Shown piece after piece: positions 1-12,967 of a stretch of DNA of 64,000 nt (position 1 is the stretch's first letter; every line of letters begins with the position of its first letter). The position numbers and the translations under genes were made by a program. Below the pieces are notes generated by a model, which was not told the DNA's origin, did no database searches, and worked only from the letters and a program-made list of their open reading frames with translations. Source of the DNA: Ylistrum balloti (lineage: Eukaryota). The stretch is taken from contig NW_026781915.1 of the NCBI RefSeq assembly GCF_031769215.1, forward strand, positions 1,984,001 through 2,048,000. The letters are read 5' to 3'.

Positions 1-589
1 ATCAAAACTACAAACTCCATTGCCACACACTAGAACATGTAAAATCAAGCAAAGATGTAGGAATAACACTACAAACCAACTTAAAACTAATACAAATAAA
101 TCTTCAGGCTTCCTTAAACATAACCTCAAAACTTACGCTCCTCAAATTAGAGAGCAAGCATACAAAGCACTACCAAAACTTGAATGCTGCTTTTTTTTGC
201 ATGCGACTCCAACAACACAAACCAATGCAATGAAGAGCAGCATGTTACATCAACAACAAATATCACATTATGAGCTTGGTCACAGATATTACACCAACCT
301 CAGTGGCTGACACCAAAAACATGCACACTGCAATACAGACTGATCTTGTTTTACAAAATCACATACCAAAAAGTTACAATCAACCATACTTCCATCCTCA
401 TCCCAGCTGATCCTAAATTTGCTATGCCTACCCCATCTTATAAAGACATCACAGTTTATATGCAAATACTATAAAAACTATTAAAACGGTGCAGGTTGAG
501 ATAACATGAAAGTTACTTTCAGGGATGTTTTCAATTTTTTAGCCCATCACCTGCTTTTGTTCTTATTCATGTGTTGTGTTTCATTTCAG

Positions 590-3500
590 GATTAAGTGCT
601 TGCCTCATGAGATGCTATCTTGGGCCAGCTGAGGGTACCAGAGTAGCACTTACTGCTCTTCCAAGTCTGGGATTATTTGGCTCTGTAGTTGGACCTAGCA
701 GTAAGTTCTGTATACAAATCTGTTATGAAACTTTATCAACACTCGATTCTTTTTCTTTATCAGGACCTGCAGGTCTCTGTCAATATTTCTACTGGATAAT
801 CCCTACCTAAATTCAGACCCAAGTAACATTCAATATGACAAGCCTGACAGTCATATTAAAATCTTATCCTTATCTTTTGAATGAAAGATGACACAGATAA
901 AGAATTAGTGAATGAGGCATGGTCCATACTTTATTTCACACTACCATGATACAATGCTACATATTCCCTTCATAGATTGACAAAGAACACATTCAGTCAC
1001 TGGTGGTCATCTTTGATTTAAGTACTTGAATGTCGTTATCATAAGAACTTTATTACTTGTATGTTCCTTTTGTTTTTTTTTTCATTCATATTTAATTTTG
1101 AAGCTGACATCTGTAATGATAGACACCAAGTGACAATCTTGAATTTTGATAGTAAAAATTTTTTTTTTTTTGTTAAACAATTTTTATATTTTTCAGAGTT
1201 TACTATATAGAAAAACTTTACACCTGAAATTAAGTTTGATAATGATTTTACCATTCAGTTTTCTATACATGCTTATTGTTACAAAAAAATAGTTCAAAAT
1301 GTAGCAAGTATAAAAACATTTGGATACATAATAGGTCTAAGTGGATGCTCCATGGCACAGGACCAGAATATATTGTTCCCCTCTTAATAAGTTTTTATAA
1401 TTGCTTATTTCAGTTGTATCAGCAGCAACCTATGTGTATGTTACAAGTTATGCTGCTGAGGTAAGAGGAAAATCTGAGCCCATGAACCATTTCTATGGAG
1501 GTGCAGCTGCTGGCGCTGTTTACGGACTCAGGCGTAAGTCCAACACGCAATGTCTACACGAGCTTATACCAGTGAATTAAAATATTAGTAAAAATATGTT
1601 TTTCATTTCGTACTTACTTTGGGTAATTAAACAATTTTTTGTTTAAAAAACAAATATATTTTTCATCTGAATTTTGTGAAACATTTCTGACGAACCTTAG
1701 ACTAGAAAAGGATATTACCACTTCTGTATTTGTATCCCTTTACAAAACAGGTGTCAAACTGAAGCTCTGGTAGTGTCTTTTGCTGTACTGGTACCAGTAG
1801 TTTAAAATCAACATTGTAATCTAATGATACCTTTTACTGGAGTAGAATTTGTATTTGTTGCTATTTTCCTTAAAATAATTGTATGTGAAAGACCACCTCC
1901 TGTTGTCATAATCTATAATAGGTCAGGTTTAATTAAAAGCTGGATTGTAAAATCTCTACTCTCTGTACTCAAATGATATACAATGTAGATGTACAATGTT
2001 ATATCAAGTAGATGAAACAGTCTCAGCTTCTGAATCATGCAATACTGGCAATGGAAATCCATTATTCATTATATGTTTTTAATTCTGAACAGAGCAACAC
2101 AAGGAATATTTTGAAGTAATTGCCAGGGACTTGTCACTCTACCCACTATTATGCTTTTGGAAAACTTAGGGGTTGGGAGGGGGGCATAGTTGCCACTTTA
2201 TCCATCCATCTTTTCTTGTCTGAAACATCTTACTGTGACTATGTTTAGTGTACAAAATTAAGGGCCCACAACCCTTTAATACAGAATCATTGCCTGTGGT
2301 TAAAATTTCATATCCTATAACTTTGTATCCATTTAAATTGGGATAATGAAACATACATTTGTGTATACATTCGTCATAGTAAAACAACATGCAGTGTACC
2401 AAATCCAGGGCATACAACCCTTTAATTACAAAGTTTTTACCCTTTATTAAAATCTGATATCTGGAGCATTACTTTTGATAAAGATAAGTCATGCTCAGAT
2501 GATGTGCAGTGTATCAAATTCATGGCCTGCAACCCCTTAATTACAAAGTTATTGTCCTGCGATAAAATTTTGTTGCCAATAATGTTGTTTAAGGGAAGCA
2601 TTCATCAGCTTCACTGATACTCTCGTATGGTTTCAATTCTGAAGCAAGAATTTAAGAAACAATTGAAATAACGAAAGACAAGTTTAAACTAACAAAAATA
2701 ATTATGATTAATACATAAAGCTTGTACAAAACTTCAGTGACCCTTCACCAACCAAACTTGCAATAAGATTTGGTTATGATTTAGTGAGAGTCAACAAAAC
2801 TTTCTTTCACAAGGCAAGTAGATATTCAGCTTGTTTCTTCATCTGACATTACAGATATGATTTTTACCATTTCTGTTCATGCCAAAATGCATTTTAAACT
2901 TGTCAAGAGTCAACAACAGGGACCTGGTTGTTAGATGATTGATGTGTACTGAGTGTTAAAACAACATGTATTGAAATTTTCTGTATTATTACCAGTAGCA
3001 TTTGGCTGAAAATTTGAAGGAATATCCTGGGATGACTAACCTTGCATGAATACAATGTTATTTCTTTTCAAAATCCATCATCTTGAAAAACATATTTTGG
3101 TCTTCATCTCACGTTACACCTATTAGGTTTAGCAAAAACCTCACATGATTCCCACCAATGATAACCAATTAACCACATCATCCAGTTGTGTTATATACGA
3201 TCATGCATCCTGTTGTTGTACAGACAATGGTGAGATCCTTAAACTGTACAACTGCTTCTACTGTAAAGATCGTTATACCTGTTAAGACTTTTTGATTTTC
3301 ATGCTCCCTGAAATGTTTGGGGGAGATAGAGGGGGGGCAGCATATAGTCACAGCTTTGTCCATCCCTCTGTCCTTCTTTCCGTCCATCCTTTCCTGTCCA
3401 GAGCCCAAAGTTAAGCAAAGATCATAAAAAGTGGTGTATACATTGATTGTACAAAGACGATGTACAATGTACCAAATTCAGGGCCCACAACCCCTTAATT

Positions 3501-3837
3501 GCATAACTGGTGCCCTTTGTTAAAAAGTTTGTGTCAAATGAAGTCATTTTAGGGGAGCATTTTATTAATTTCACTCATACTCTTGTTTGATTGTTATTTT
3601 AATTATCTGCTGACAATCCCTTAAAACTGATTCCATTCACTTTTCTTTGTTTGCAAAACAGACCTGAACTTCAAGAAGGTAGCAGTAAGGAGTATAGGTT
3701 TTGCAGTAGTGGGAATGCTGGCATCTGAGTTGTCAACTCTACCAGGTTTTTCACGTTTTAGAGGAACCTCTAAAATAAGACAACATTACCTTAGTGGCAA
3801 TCGATGGAGGACACCTTCAAACATCAACCATGATTGA
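590..3837 (+). CDS. NDUFA11: NADH dehydrogenase 1 alpha subcomplex subunit 11-like (Tim17-family fold), 5'-partial; exons 590-700, 1414-1533, 3662-3837
   Basis: Three AG/GT-bounded exons join in phase 1 into one frame: GLSACLMRC...GPS-I-VSAATYVYVTSYAAEVRGKSEPMNHFYGGAAAGAVYGLR-H-LNFKKVAVRSIGFAVVGMLA...NHD*. The R-x-K-x-x-x-x-N-x-F-x-GG-x-x-x-G-x-x-x-G-x-R pattern fits NDUFA11/Tim17-family proteins. AATAAA near 3930. The start exon was not found in the window. Confidence 0.6.
2150..2640 (+). mobile_element. Non-autonomous Helentron-like (HINE-type) element in an NDUFA11 intron
   Basis: Starts with ttatgc...ggggcatagtt and a (catc)n microsatellite, has about 120-bp internal repeats (caaccctttaattacaaag x3), and ends in ggaagcattcatcagcttcactgatactc. 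The same layout recurs at 3290-3600. Confidence 0.5.
3290..3600 (+). mobile_element. Second copy of the same Helentron-like family
   Basis: Shares the (gtcc/atcc)n tract, the gggcccacaacccc-taatt core and the ggggagcatt...ttcactcatactcttgttt end with 2150-2640. Confidence 0.5.
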
Positions 3838-4065
3838 AAGAAAGAACTAAGCAAACCACCTGACATTGTGACATGGATTTTTAAACTTTAACACTTTGAA
3901 AGAACGTTCTCTAGTGCTTTTTTTAATTTAATAAAGCTTTACTGGAGATTTGTGTCAGTTGTAGATTATATCAGTATATGTGAAGTAATTGATTTGAATG
4001 AAGTTTCAAAAAAATTAATTGTGTTTCAAAATAAAACTATAAAAATAAGTTCTTGATTTTGTTTC

Positions 4066-5445
4066 TTTTTAGCAAACCTGGTCCTAAGGACCAAGGTGAA
4101 CTTGTGATGTACCCTGGCATCCGTCTGTCATTGTCTGTCAACAATTTTTAAAGGATGAATTCCTTTGTCGTTTGACAGGAAATAAGACATAAATCAATAT
4201 AAAATGGTTTCAAACATAATATCATGTGCTTTTCTATACTTATACACTTTGTTATCTGTAGGAGTATTAATAAACTTAAAAATGGTAATTTGAAAACTTC
4301 TTAATGAAATTTCACCAGTGGACTACCTTTTTTGATGGCATGATTTGCTTAATTTTGTCAACAATTTCAGTTTTGTTGTTAATTTCAATTTCATTTTGTA
4401 TGAATCATCACCACAAATTAGCTTTCACATTCATAAATTCAGACTTGGTGGACCACTTAACCAGATTTTTAGGACCCAAAATCAAATGTTTCAGCTTGTT
4501 TCTTTATCTTTGAAAAACTGGCTATTTGGAAGAAATTTTCAAAATTAAAGCATGCTGGTCCCAATTTTTGGGTCATCTGAGACAAAGTCTTCATCTGGTG
4601 TCATGCGTCGTTCATCCATAAGCAATTTAACACTTTCGACTTCTCAAAGACCCATGATCCAATTTCAATGAAATTTTGCAAAAACCTTCCCTGGTCAAAG
4701 ATTAATCAAAATTGGGAATAATACAGTTCCAAACCCCAAGGGGCCGTAGGGGCAGGGCCAAAAGAGGTCAAATTGACTTGGATTTCTAAAATCTTCTTCT
4801 CAAGACTAGATATGGTAGAAACAAATACTTTTCATGAATTGAAGCATGTTAAGGTGCTTTACCAAAATTGTGAATTTCATGGCCCCGGGGTCTCACATTT
4901 TCCTGTTTGGAGGGGGTAAAATTTATTATAGTTTATTTAGGAAAACTAGATTTTTGAGCATGATTTGTTTAATTTCCTTTGGAAATATTTTAAACTTGGT
5001 TATAATTATGAGTGAAGGATGATGGCTTGATGGTATGCCCATTTAGATCTTGACTGATCCCCGGGGGCTGATGGGCGGGGCCACAAAGGGTCAAATTGAC
5101 TTAAATTTCAAACATCTTCGCAACACCTAAATATGTTATAATTAAATGCTATTCAAAAATGGAACTATCTTAAGGTGCTTTAATTATGAAAATGAATCTC
5201 ACATTTTTTCTTGGAGAGAAATTTTTTTTTTCAGACTTTTCTGTAATTGCATTTCCCACTGGAAATAACTTTATAAGAATTATCAATATACGATGACAGT
5301 TTTAATGGTATGCATGTATTGACACTGGCATATTTTATTCAGTGTCAGAATTTCTGTTTCATGAGACTTGATAACTATCCTTTAACCTTTATGTTCAATA
5401 TTGCTTATCTCAGGTGACCGTTAAGGCCAATAGGCTTCTTGTTTT
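4066..5445 (+). mobile_element. Non-autonomous Helentron-like element with a nested copy near 4556
   Basis: 5' ttttagcaaacctggtcc-taa-ggaccaaggt (subterminal IR), then a gtctgtc microsatellite, degenerate core repeats, and a 3' caggtgaccgttaaggccaataggcttcttgtttt hairpin end. Confidence 0.55.
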
Positions 5446-5567
5446 AACATTAAAAGTATCTACGAAAATTTCTTAAACCAAACGTATTGTTTTTTTGCTT
5501 TTAATCTGCTTTACAAAATCAAGCCTTTCATAAAATCCTCCTCAGAAAAATTGTTTAATACTGTATT

Positions 5568-6190
5568 ATTTGGTCATCTGGGTCAGGATGACATATAGCT
5601 ATCATGTTTTGTCCTTGTCATGCACCATGCATAAACTTTCCATTCAAATGACATCTAAATAATCAAAAGGACCAGGACTCTGGTATTGGGCTTGTAGCAT
5701 GATGGGATGAAGGGCTACCAAGTTTGTTGATATGACTGACCTTGACCAAATTTCTAGGTCCCAGGGGTAACGTATGTTAAAATCTTTAAACAACTTCTTC
5801 TCAATAACAAAGAGGCTCAAAGTGCTGATATTTGGTCTGTAGCATGCTAGAAATTAGGGCTACCAAGTTTATTAAAATTAATAACATTGACTCACTTTTT
5901 AAGGTCGCATAGGTAAACCGTGTTGAAATGTTTAAACGACTTCTCAATTATCAAAAGTTCATGGTGCTGTTATTGGGTCAGTAGGATACTGGGATGAAGG
6001 GCTAACAAGTTTGTTAAAAAAATTACCTTGACTTACTTTTCAAGGTCAGAGGGGTAAAATGTGTTGAAATATTTAAAGGACTTCTACTCAATTACTGGTG
6101 CTGTTACTGGGTCAGTAGCATGCTGGGGTATAGGGCTGCCAAGTTTATAAAACTCACTGATTACTTGTAGCCAACATCCACTTTTGGAAA
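5568..6190 (+). mobile_element. Helentron-like element with about 145-bp core repeats
   Basis: 5' IR gtcatc-tgggtcag-gatgac. The motif (g)atgaagggctaccaagtttgtt recurs about 4 times (near 5706, 5857, 5993, 6128). Confidence 0.45.
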
Positions 6191-8871
6191 TTTTACCTTT
6201 TAAAAAGCCAGTAACGATATAAGTTACGAGACGATACAGGGGAAATGTAATGGGTATATGTAGCTTATATCTTGTAAATACCGAGAAGGCGACTGAAGAA
6301 AATCCAAAGAGATCGGAAGAAATGTTAAAAACTGTATTTTGAGGTGTACTAACCCTTAAAGCAGATTTCATAATCTTCAGTATTGTATAACATCAAACAT
6401 TCCGAAATAAAAGCAAGTACGTGTGTTTATTCTGGACTTTGTTCGAATGAATTGAAACATGGCATACAGGTTATGGCAAGTCTCGGGACTTGCCTGCATT
6501 CTCAATGACTGAACGGAAAAGCTATAAATGATTACCATGGTGACATACTGCTGCCATCGAGTTGCCGACATACGATTTAATGATATCACTTAACGAGCAC
6601 TTTGCTCTACATATTTAGAATTAGATACAACAAACTCAAAAACAATCTCTGCTAAAGGGAAAAAATAATTAAACTGCATCATAAAGCTGTTTCATTCTCT
6701 TGAAGCAGCATGGCGAAACTATCTGAACATCTCAAATTGTCCTTTAATATCATTACACGAGTCTGTCTCAAACAATATAAATTAGTATAGAAATATCATT
6801 TATATTAGTAACTTAAACTAGGAAGCAGGGTTCCATTTATAGTGTGTGTGTGTGTTTTTTTTTTTTTTTAGATGAATTAACACTGTTTCCATTTTGGTCA
6901 AAATCTGGTGAGTCAGATAATGGTTGAGTACCTAATAGATTTACGTCACCCACTTAGTCAGACGGCGTATACCATGATACGGCCAATTACAGGACATCAT
7001 ACACCCTCTACATCCTTACGGTCAATATGGAATGTAAACACGAGAACATGTACAATCAAATGGCGTGCTTTGGAGAAAATTTTACGAAAAGAATGTGCAC
7101 ATGTATATGAACAATATTCTGAAATTCTATTAAATAAAATATATTAACATAAGTCAGAAAGGGGTTTTAAAGGAATTACCACAGAAATGGATCAAACGTG
7201 TTCTGTATAACGCGTTATATATTTCAGTCATAATATACTACAATGAAACTGGATAGTTAGCGTTACAAAAATCCTTGTTTTGTTTGTTTCTTTATTTTGA
7301 AATGTTGAAAACAGCGGCGAAATTGCCTATTGTCTTGCAATATAATCTGCTTATTTCCAGGCAAAACGATGACAAGAACGTGTCATCAACTATAAATTGC
7401 AGTTCAATTTGGAGACCCAGATTTGTTTTCATCGAAATCACTTGACACGATAGTCAGTAAGTTCTCAATATAACTAGTTTATGTCGTTTTAGGAAGCAAT
7501 CTTTTGAAGTAGAGAACTAATTTCATTTTTTATACGATAAGTACAGCATAGATGGTACCTAAGTAGAATTATGAATTAAAACAATTAACGATAGATCGAT
7601 AAAGGTTTCAGGCTTTGGCATATGCAGTGTTGAAGCTGTCATTTCTCATTTTAGACATAAAACCCAAATGTTAAACAGAAATGCTAATCGCTACATGGGT
7701 CACCAACTGCATATATATATTTATAAGAGAACGTTTTGTATTTAATACCTACAATATGTAGATAAAAACCAATAGTATATATGATGATATAGACGGTACA
7801 TTATCACATTTCTCTCTCTTGCCTCAAACCACTTATATGGCGACACAGATTGAATATCCAGTGAGAAATCCTGGATGAACCCTTTTTTAATATCTGAAGA
7901 TATCTAAATATTTAAGAAATTTGATAAACTTTGGTTTTTTGATAAATAAAAAAAGTTTGCGCCTTAATCTAACACGGTAGTATTAAATGAGCAATTGTTT
8001 CGGTACTATGGAATTAGTCATATGAAGTCTGGAGGTATATTGGTAGTAAGAATGAACATATATAATTGGATATGTGGTTTTTTCTCCCTTCTATGAGCTA
8101 GTGTATTACTTCGTTATGCAAGGTTTTTGTAAATATATTGAGCAAAAATTGCGACATAAAAAGCAAACGATTATTGTGTAGGTCGCAATAACGTTACAAT
8201 AAAACATAAGCCGCCATCTTTGCTAAAATAATCGTTCTTCTCTATGAAATACCGTTTATATAAATAACATCTATTGGATATTTATTATTTTACTTCATGG
8301 TTATATGACATAATAACAATTTAAACGTCACATTTCATCGATCACCGTGTTTTACATCTATATCAGAGAACCAGCCATTATGAAATATATCTAGGTCGCT
8401 GTAACTATTTGAAAGTTGTTTGAGAAAAATCCAGTGAATGCAAGTCGTCCTGTTTGAACGACACCATTTCAGAATCGACATCTCGGCACTATTCGTCACA
8501 TTCTTGAGAGGTGATATTTAATTGTTGTGTTGACGACCAAGTTTTGTATATTTCACAAATAGGCGTAACTATATATGTTACAAGATGTGTCGTTTGATAC
8601 GTAAAATGTCGGTATACACACGATACTTAATTACCCGGCGTATGTGACTACGGGGCTAATCAGTGATATACTTGGCAAATCTATAGCCAAAATACTGCTA
8701 ATTTATTCAATCCGTTTTGATCCAATTGTACTCGTCCAATTCGGTGATGTATCCTGCGTGGTCAAGCAATATTCTCCTCCAAACAATCGGCTGGTATAAA
8801 ACTGCTGTCCCTGACGAGGCGTTCTCATACAGCGCAGACCATCCTTCACAAACGCACCATTCGTTGGCATC

Positions 8872-11308
8872 ATGTTTGGAATCGTAGCATTTTTCGCCGC
8901 TCTTGTCGGAGGTAAGTTTTTCTATCACTATACATATATAACACGCTGATCTGTTAACGGTTTTATTGTATCTTTACAACTTTACTACCGTTATGTACAA
9001 AGAATAGAACTTCTTTTTTGTTCTTTTTTTTTTTTATAATTTTTTGTTTTGTTTTAATTTACGCACAATTTTAAGTCCCGTTGTAATATGATACTGACTA
9101 TAAAACCAGTAAGATATTAAATATCTGTTCAAGGTTTTTTTTATCTGTTCTTTTCATCTAGTAACACTCAAAATAATTTTTGCAAGCGTTTATGTATTTT
9201 GCCTTCTATTTTCCCAGCCTGCCAGGGCGTCAACTTTGACATCGCGCCCTATAACACTTCTGTGGAGATCGGGAGCACAGCCACTATGGCATGTATCGTC
9301 AGCAACCTCGGATCCGACAGTGTCACGTGGAAAAAGGTCAGTGCCTTATTTGGTCATGTATCAATCTAATATTGTTTGTTCCTTTTTAGCACTATGAACC
9401 GAATTGATTGTCATAATTAGACCATGTATAGCATGAAGAACATTAATATATCTTTCAAAAAATTGGATGTTATTTCTTCTTTTGGTAAACCAGAAATACA
9501 TTTCAATAGGCCATAGTTGAATTGTCACGTTCTGGTGTTGTAACGGGCATGGGTGCAAAAGGGGAGGGAAATTGAGAACTCAATACACTTAGAAACAAAG
9601 ATATGATGGAAATATAAACTGTATATCACTTACCCGATTTACCAGTCTTTTATATAAACCTGTCTATAGTTCCTACGGTCTTCATCTACCATCTGTCTAA
9701 ATCTACCACGTGTCTATAGATATACCTGTCGTTCATTACAACCTGTCTTTAACAACATCTGTCCATAACAACCTCTTTTCTATAACAGCCAACTTAAGAT
9801 ATTAGAAACAGCCCCCTTTCTATAACCCCATGTCAATACCTACCTCCAAGTCTACAACTATCGTCCATAATTAACATCTCTGTATAATTGTCACCTGTCT
9901 ATGACTGTAGGTGTCTGGTTCCTCAACGACCACCATCTCCCTGGGTACCCAAATTCTAGCCAGTTCCACCAAGTACTCCATTGTGGGAACGTACAACTTG
10001 ACTATATCCAATGTGGCGTCAGATGATATTGCATTATACCAGTGTACTGTCGGCTCCACTACCCAGGAAGCCTATCTTCTGTCAGTCGGTGAGTACGCCC
10101 AATATAGTCTAACTTGTCTACTAACATTTCTTTCTCAATGACACTAAAAATCATCAGTATTTGTGATAACTTTGTCAGATAACTGAAAATACAATTAGAA
10201 TAAAATTTGCAGGGTTTTGATTTTCTTGAAACTACCAAAAAAGCAAGGCCTGTGTCTGAAGTATATGTGTTTAGTTTGGAAGTGAAACAATTTGTTTCAG
10301 TACCTCACAGCCATAGTTACTAATTGTGAATTCTTCTGTTGTAGTTCTACCTACAAATGTATCTGTCTACTGGGAAAGCTCTCCATCTGCTGGGTCCACT
10401 GTAAACCTTACATGTAAGGCTACATATGGAAACCCACCTCCCTACCTTCGCTGGTACAAAAACGATGTGGATTTCACACAAGATGCTTATTACTACACTG
10501 AAAATACACTCTCCAGTGGTGAGTCTGTGGATATAACTGTTCTTATACAAACTGCTGATTTCCAAAGATACTTTGGGTTTAAACAATTTTGTTTTTAATA
10601 TGAAAAATAAGATTTCGTTTTTTTTGTGCACAACTTCCCTCACTACATATACCCATAACATTTTCTGATAATAGTTGTAATTTAGAATGGTAAAACGTAA
10701 ATCACATGCCAGGTAGTACTTTTCTGTTTCTAGTAACATGCCATGACTATCATTAGAATTATAAGTTCTATCTCATTAACTGCAAGAATTTTGGCAAGAA
10801 ATAAATATCTAAGGTTCTTTTCAGTAATCTTTCTGACTTGTAAAGTTTTCTCCCCTTTAACTGAATGTGATTTCCTTTATCAGGGTATGGTGACGCCAAG
10901 AGCTCTGTAGCCATTGACCTGGTGTCTACTGACCAGGACAAGCTGTTCCGTTGTGAAGTTCACTTTGAAGGCTGGTATCGGGCTATGGAGTATACTCTAC
11001 AGACACAGCTCAGTAAGTACATCCCATAAAGCTTAACTGCGGAATTTTATCTGTGTACAAAATAACAATAAAGTTATAAATGAGAAAACCCAAAACTTCA
11101 TCAGCATCTATACACTGGCTGAAAATGTTGATATTTGTTCGAAATATCTGCTAGTAGGGGAGTTAAGAGCAATAATAGGTAGCTGATAGATATTTAAATC
11201 TCTAATTATAATTTAATCTTTTTTACAGGTGGTAGCAGTGCTCTAAAGAGTCAGGGCATCCTAGCCATCTTAATGATAGCAGCAAGTGTTCTCTTAAGGA
11301 ACATGTAA
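8872..11308 (+). CDS. Predicted GPI-anchored protein with two Ig domains (239 aa); exons 8872-8911, 9218-9336, 9911-10088, 10345-10518, 10884-11012, 11229-11308
   Basis: Six exons with canonical splice sites and consistent phases (720 nt). Signal peptide MFGIVAFFAALVGACQG. Ig1: TMAC...VTWKK...YNLTISNV..DDIALYQC. Ig2: VNLTCKATYGNPPPYLRWYKND...KLFRCEV. The C-terminus SGSSALKSQGILAILMIAASVLLRNM* (small residues, then a hydrophobic tail, no cytoplasmic domain) resembles a GPI signal. Confidence 0.85.
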
Positions 11309-12967
11309 AATTCCTACTTCATGACAAGACATTCTTCATTGATGGCTTCCACGAGACGATAACTTGGTCACATTTGACGAACGACCTGTTCTGATGCGAC
11401 TACCATGGTGCAACGCTCCAGATTTCCACACCTGTTCATCACAATAGATCTTACTCTGTTTCCTGTTTATAATGTGTAGCCTCAGTGTACCTAGTGTAGT
11501 TATCAATATAGAGATTCAGGAAATTATCGTGTAACAGTTATCTGTTCTCAAGTTTACCGAACTGAAATTATGAGTGGCACCTAGTCATTTTTGATGGAAC
11601 TGTAAAATTACCTACTTAGCTGATCAAGAGGTATAAACAGTACACATTACTCTTACCAATGACCTACTTATTGTACATAGATAATATATATACATTATAG
11701 AGACAGTTGTAGTTCATCTTATTTATTGTTAGAAGTTAGACTACAGAAGAGATGTGAACGAGCACTGAGGTTATACTTTGATAAGGGATTGTTAGTGGAC
11801 ATTGTGTGGAAGAGTGTGTCTCTGATCTGTCCTCAGCAATTTCGATTTTCAATCTCCTTCATCCATATATCAAGTGATTTTGAGGCTGGTACAAGTAGCA
11901 GTCCTCAAAGGGAGATAAACCTGTCTGGGGAGACATAAAGTGACTTTCAACCTATGGGCCCATGACTGGAGGACCAACACTGAGAATGACATATTGAACT
12001 GTGATAGAATTTCTAAATGTGTGTGAAAATAAATTATCTGCAACATATCATACAAAATACAAGAATGTCATAAATTATTTAGGAAAGTTTTCTGAGAAAT
12101 AAATATTCATTTTTTTATATAAATCATCAGTTTTAGTCTTTTATTCTGTGTTAACCAAAGGGGCTTGGCACAAATTCTCAGCCCTGGGGTCAGAACAAAT
12201 ATTTGAAGTTTCTTATGATACCCATATACGGGCTATGTTCACTTGTCAAGATCCTATCACAACATTTCATTTACAGGATTATCAATATTTCGATGATTTA
12301 TGCCTTTGATGCTAACAACCAAAAGGAATATACTCTTTATTATTTCCATTCCCGAATGCATTGTGATGAGATACCTCAACATTTACTTAAAAGATTTCAC
12401 TTATGGAACAAATAAGATTATTGAACCTGCATGTTAAGAATAATATATAAATGCTATATATATATTTCATATCATACTTGGTGTACATTATAAGTCTGCA
12501 GCAACCTGAGATTTGTTTAACTCCTACAAGAACACATCAGATTTCAGTTAAGTCACTTTATTTTTTGTTCAGCCTTTATATACAATATATATCTATTATG
12601 TCAAGCACTTAATTTCTACTTCAATTTCTGTTTATTTACAGATTCCATGATCATGAATTTGTCTATAGTACAAAATATATACATATCACTCACTTGTACA
12701 TACACTCTCGTACTGACAATTAAACAAGTTGTACATGCTATTATGAGCAGGTAACACTGTCAAAGATAATCTGATGTAAAAGGAAAAGATAGACTGAATG
12801 AAAATTTTGTTCTGAAGTCTTACTTCACACTATGCAAGATATTCTAGAAGTCATGGCTGCAATTCCTTACAATCAAATTTAATCAAACATGGATATAAGT
12901 TAACACTGACAACATTTTACTATAAATACACACAAATATCACAAAATGCAAAATGTCCTGTTGGAAA

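Noticed and set aside
1-500. 96-aa ORF at 20-310 as an upstream NDUFA11 exon
   Set aside because: A/C-skewed low-complexity sequence with no matching splice signals and no Tim17-family similarity.
6475-6494. Perfect 8-bp hairpin GGCAAGTC-TCGG-GACTTGCC
   Set aside because: It is isolated, with no U-tract, gene end or second element boundary to give it meaning, and is expected occasionally by chance or within a repeat.
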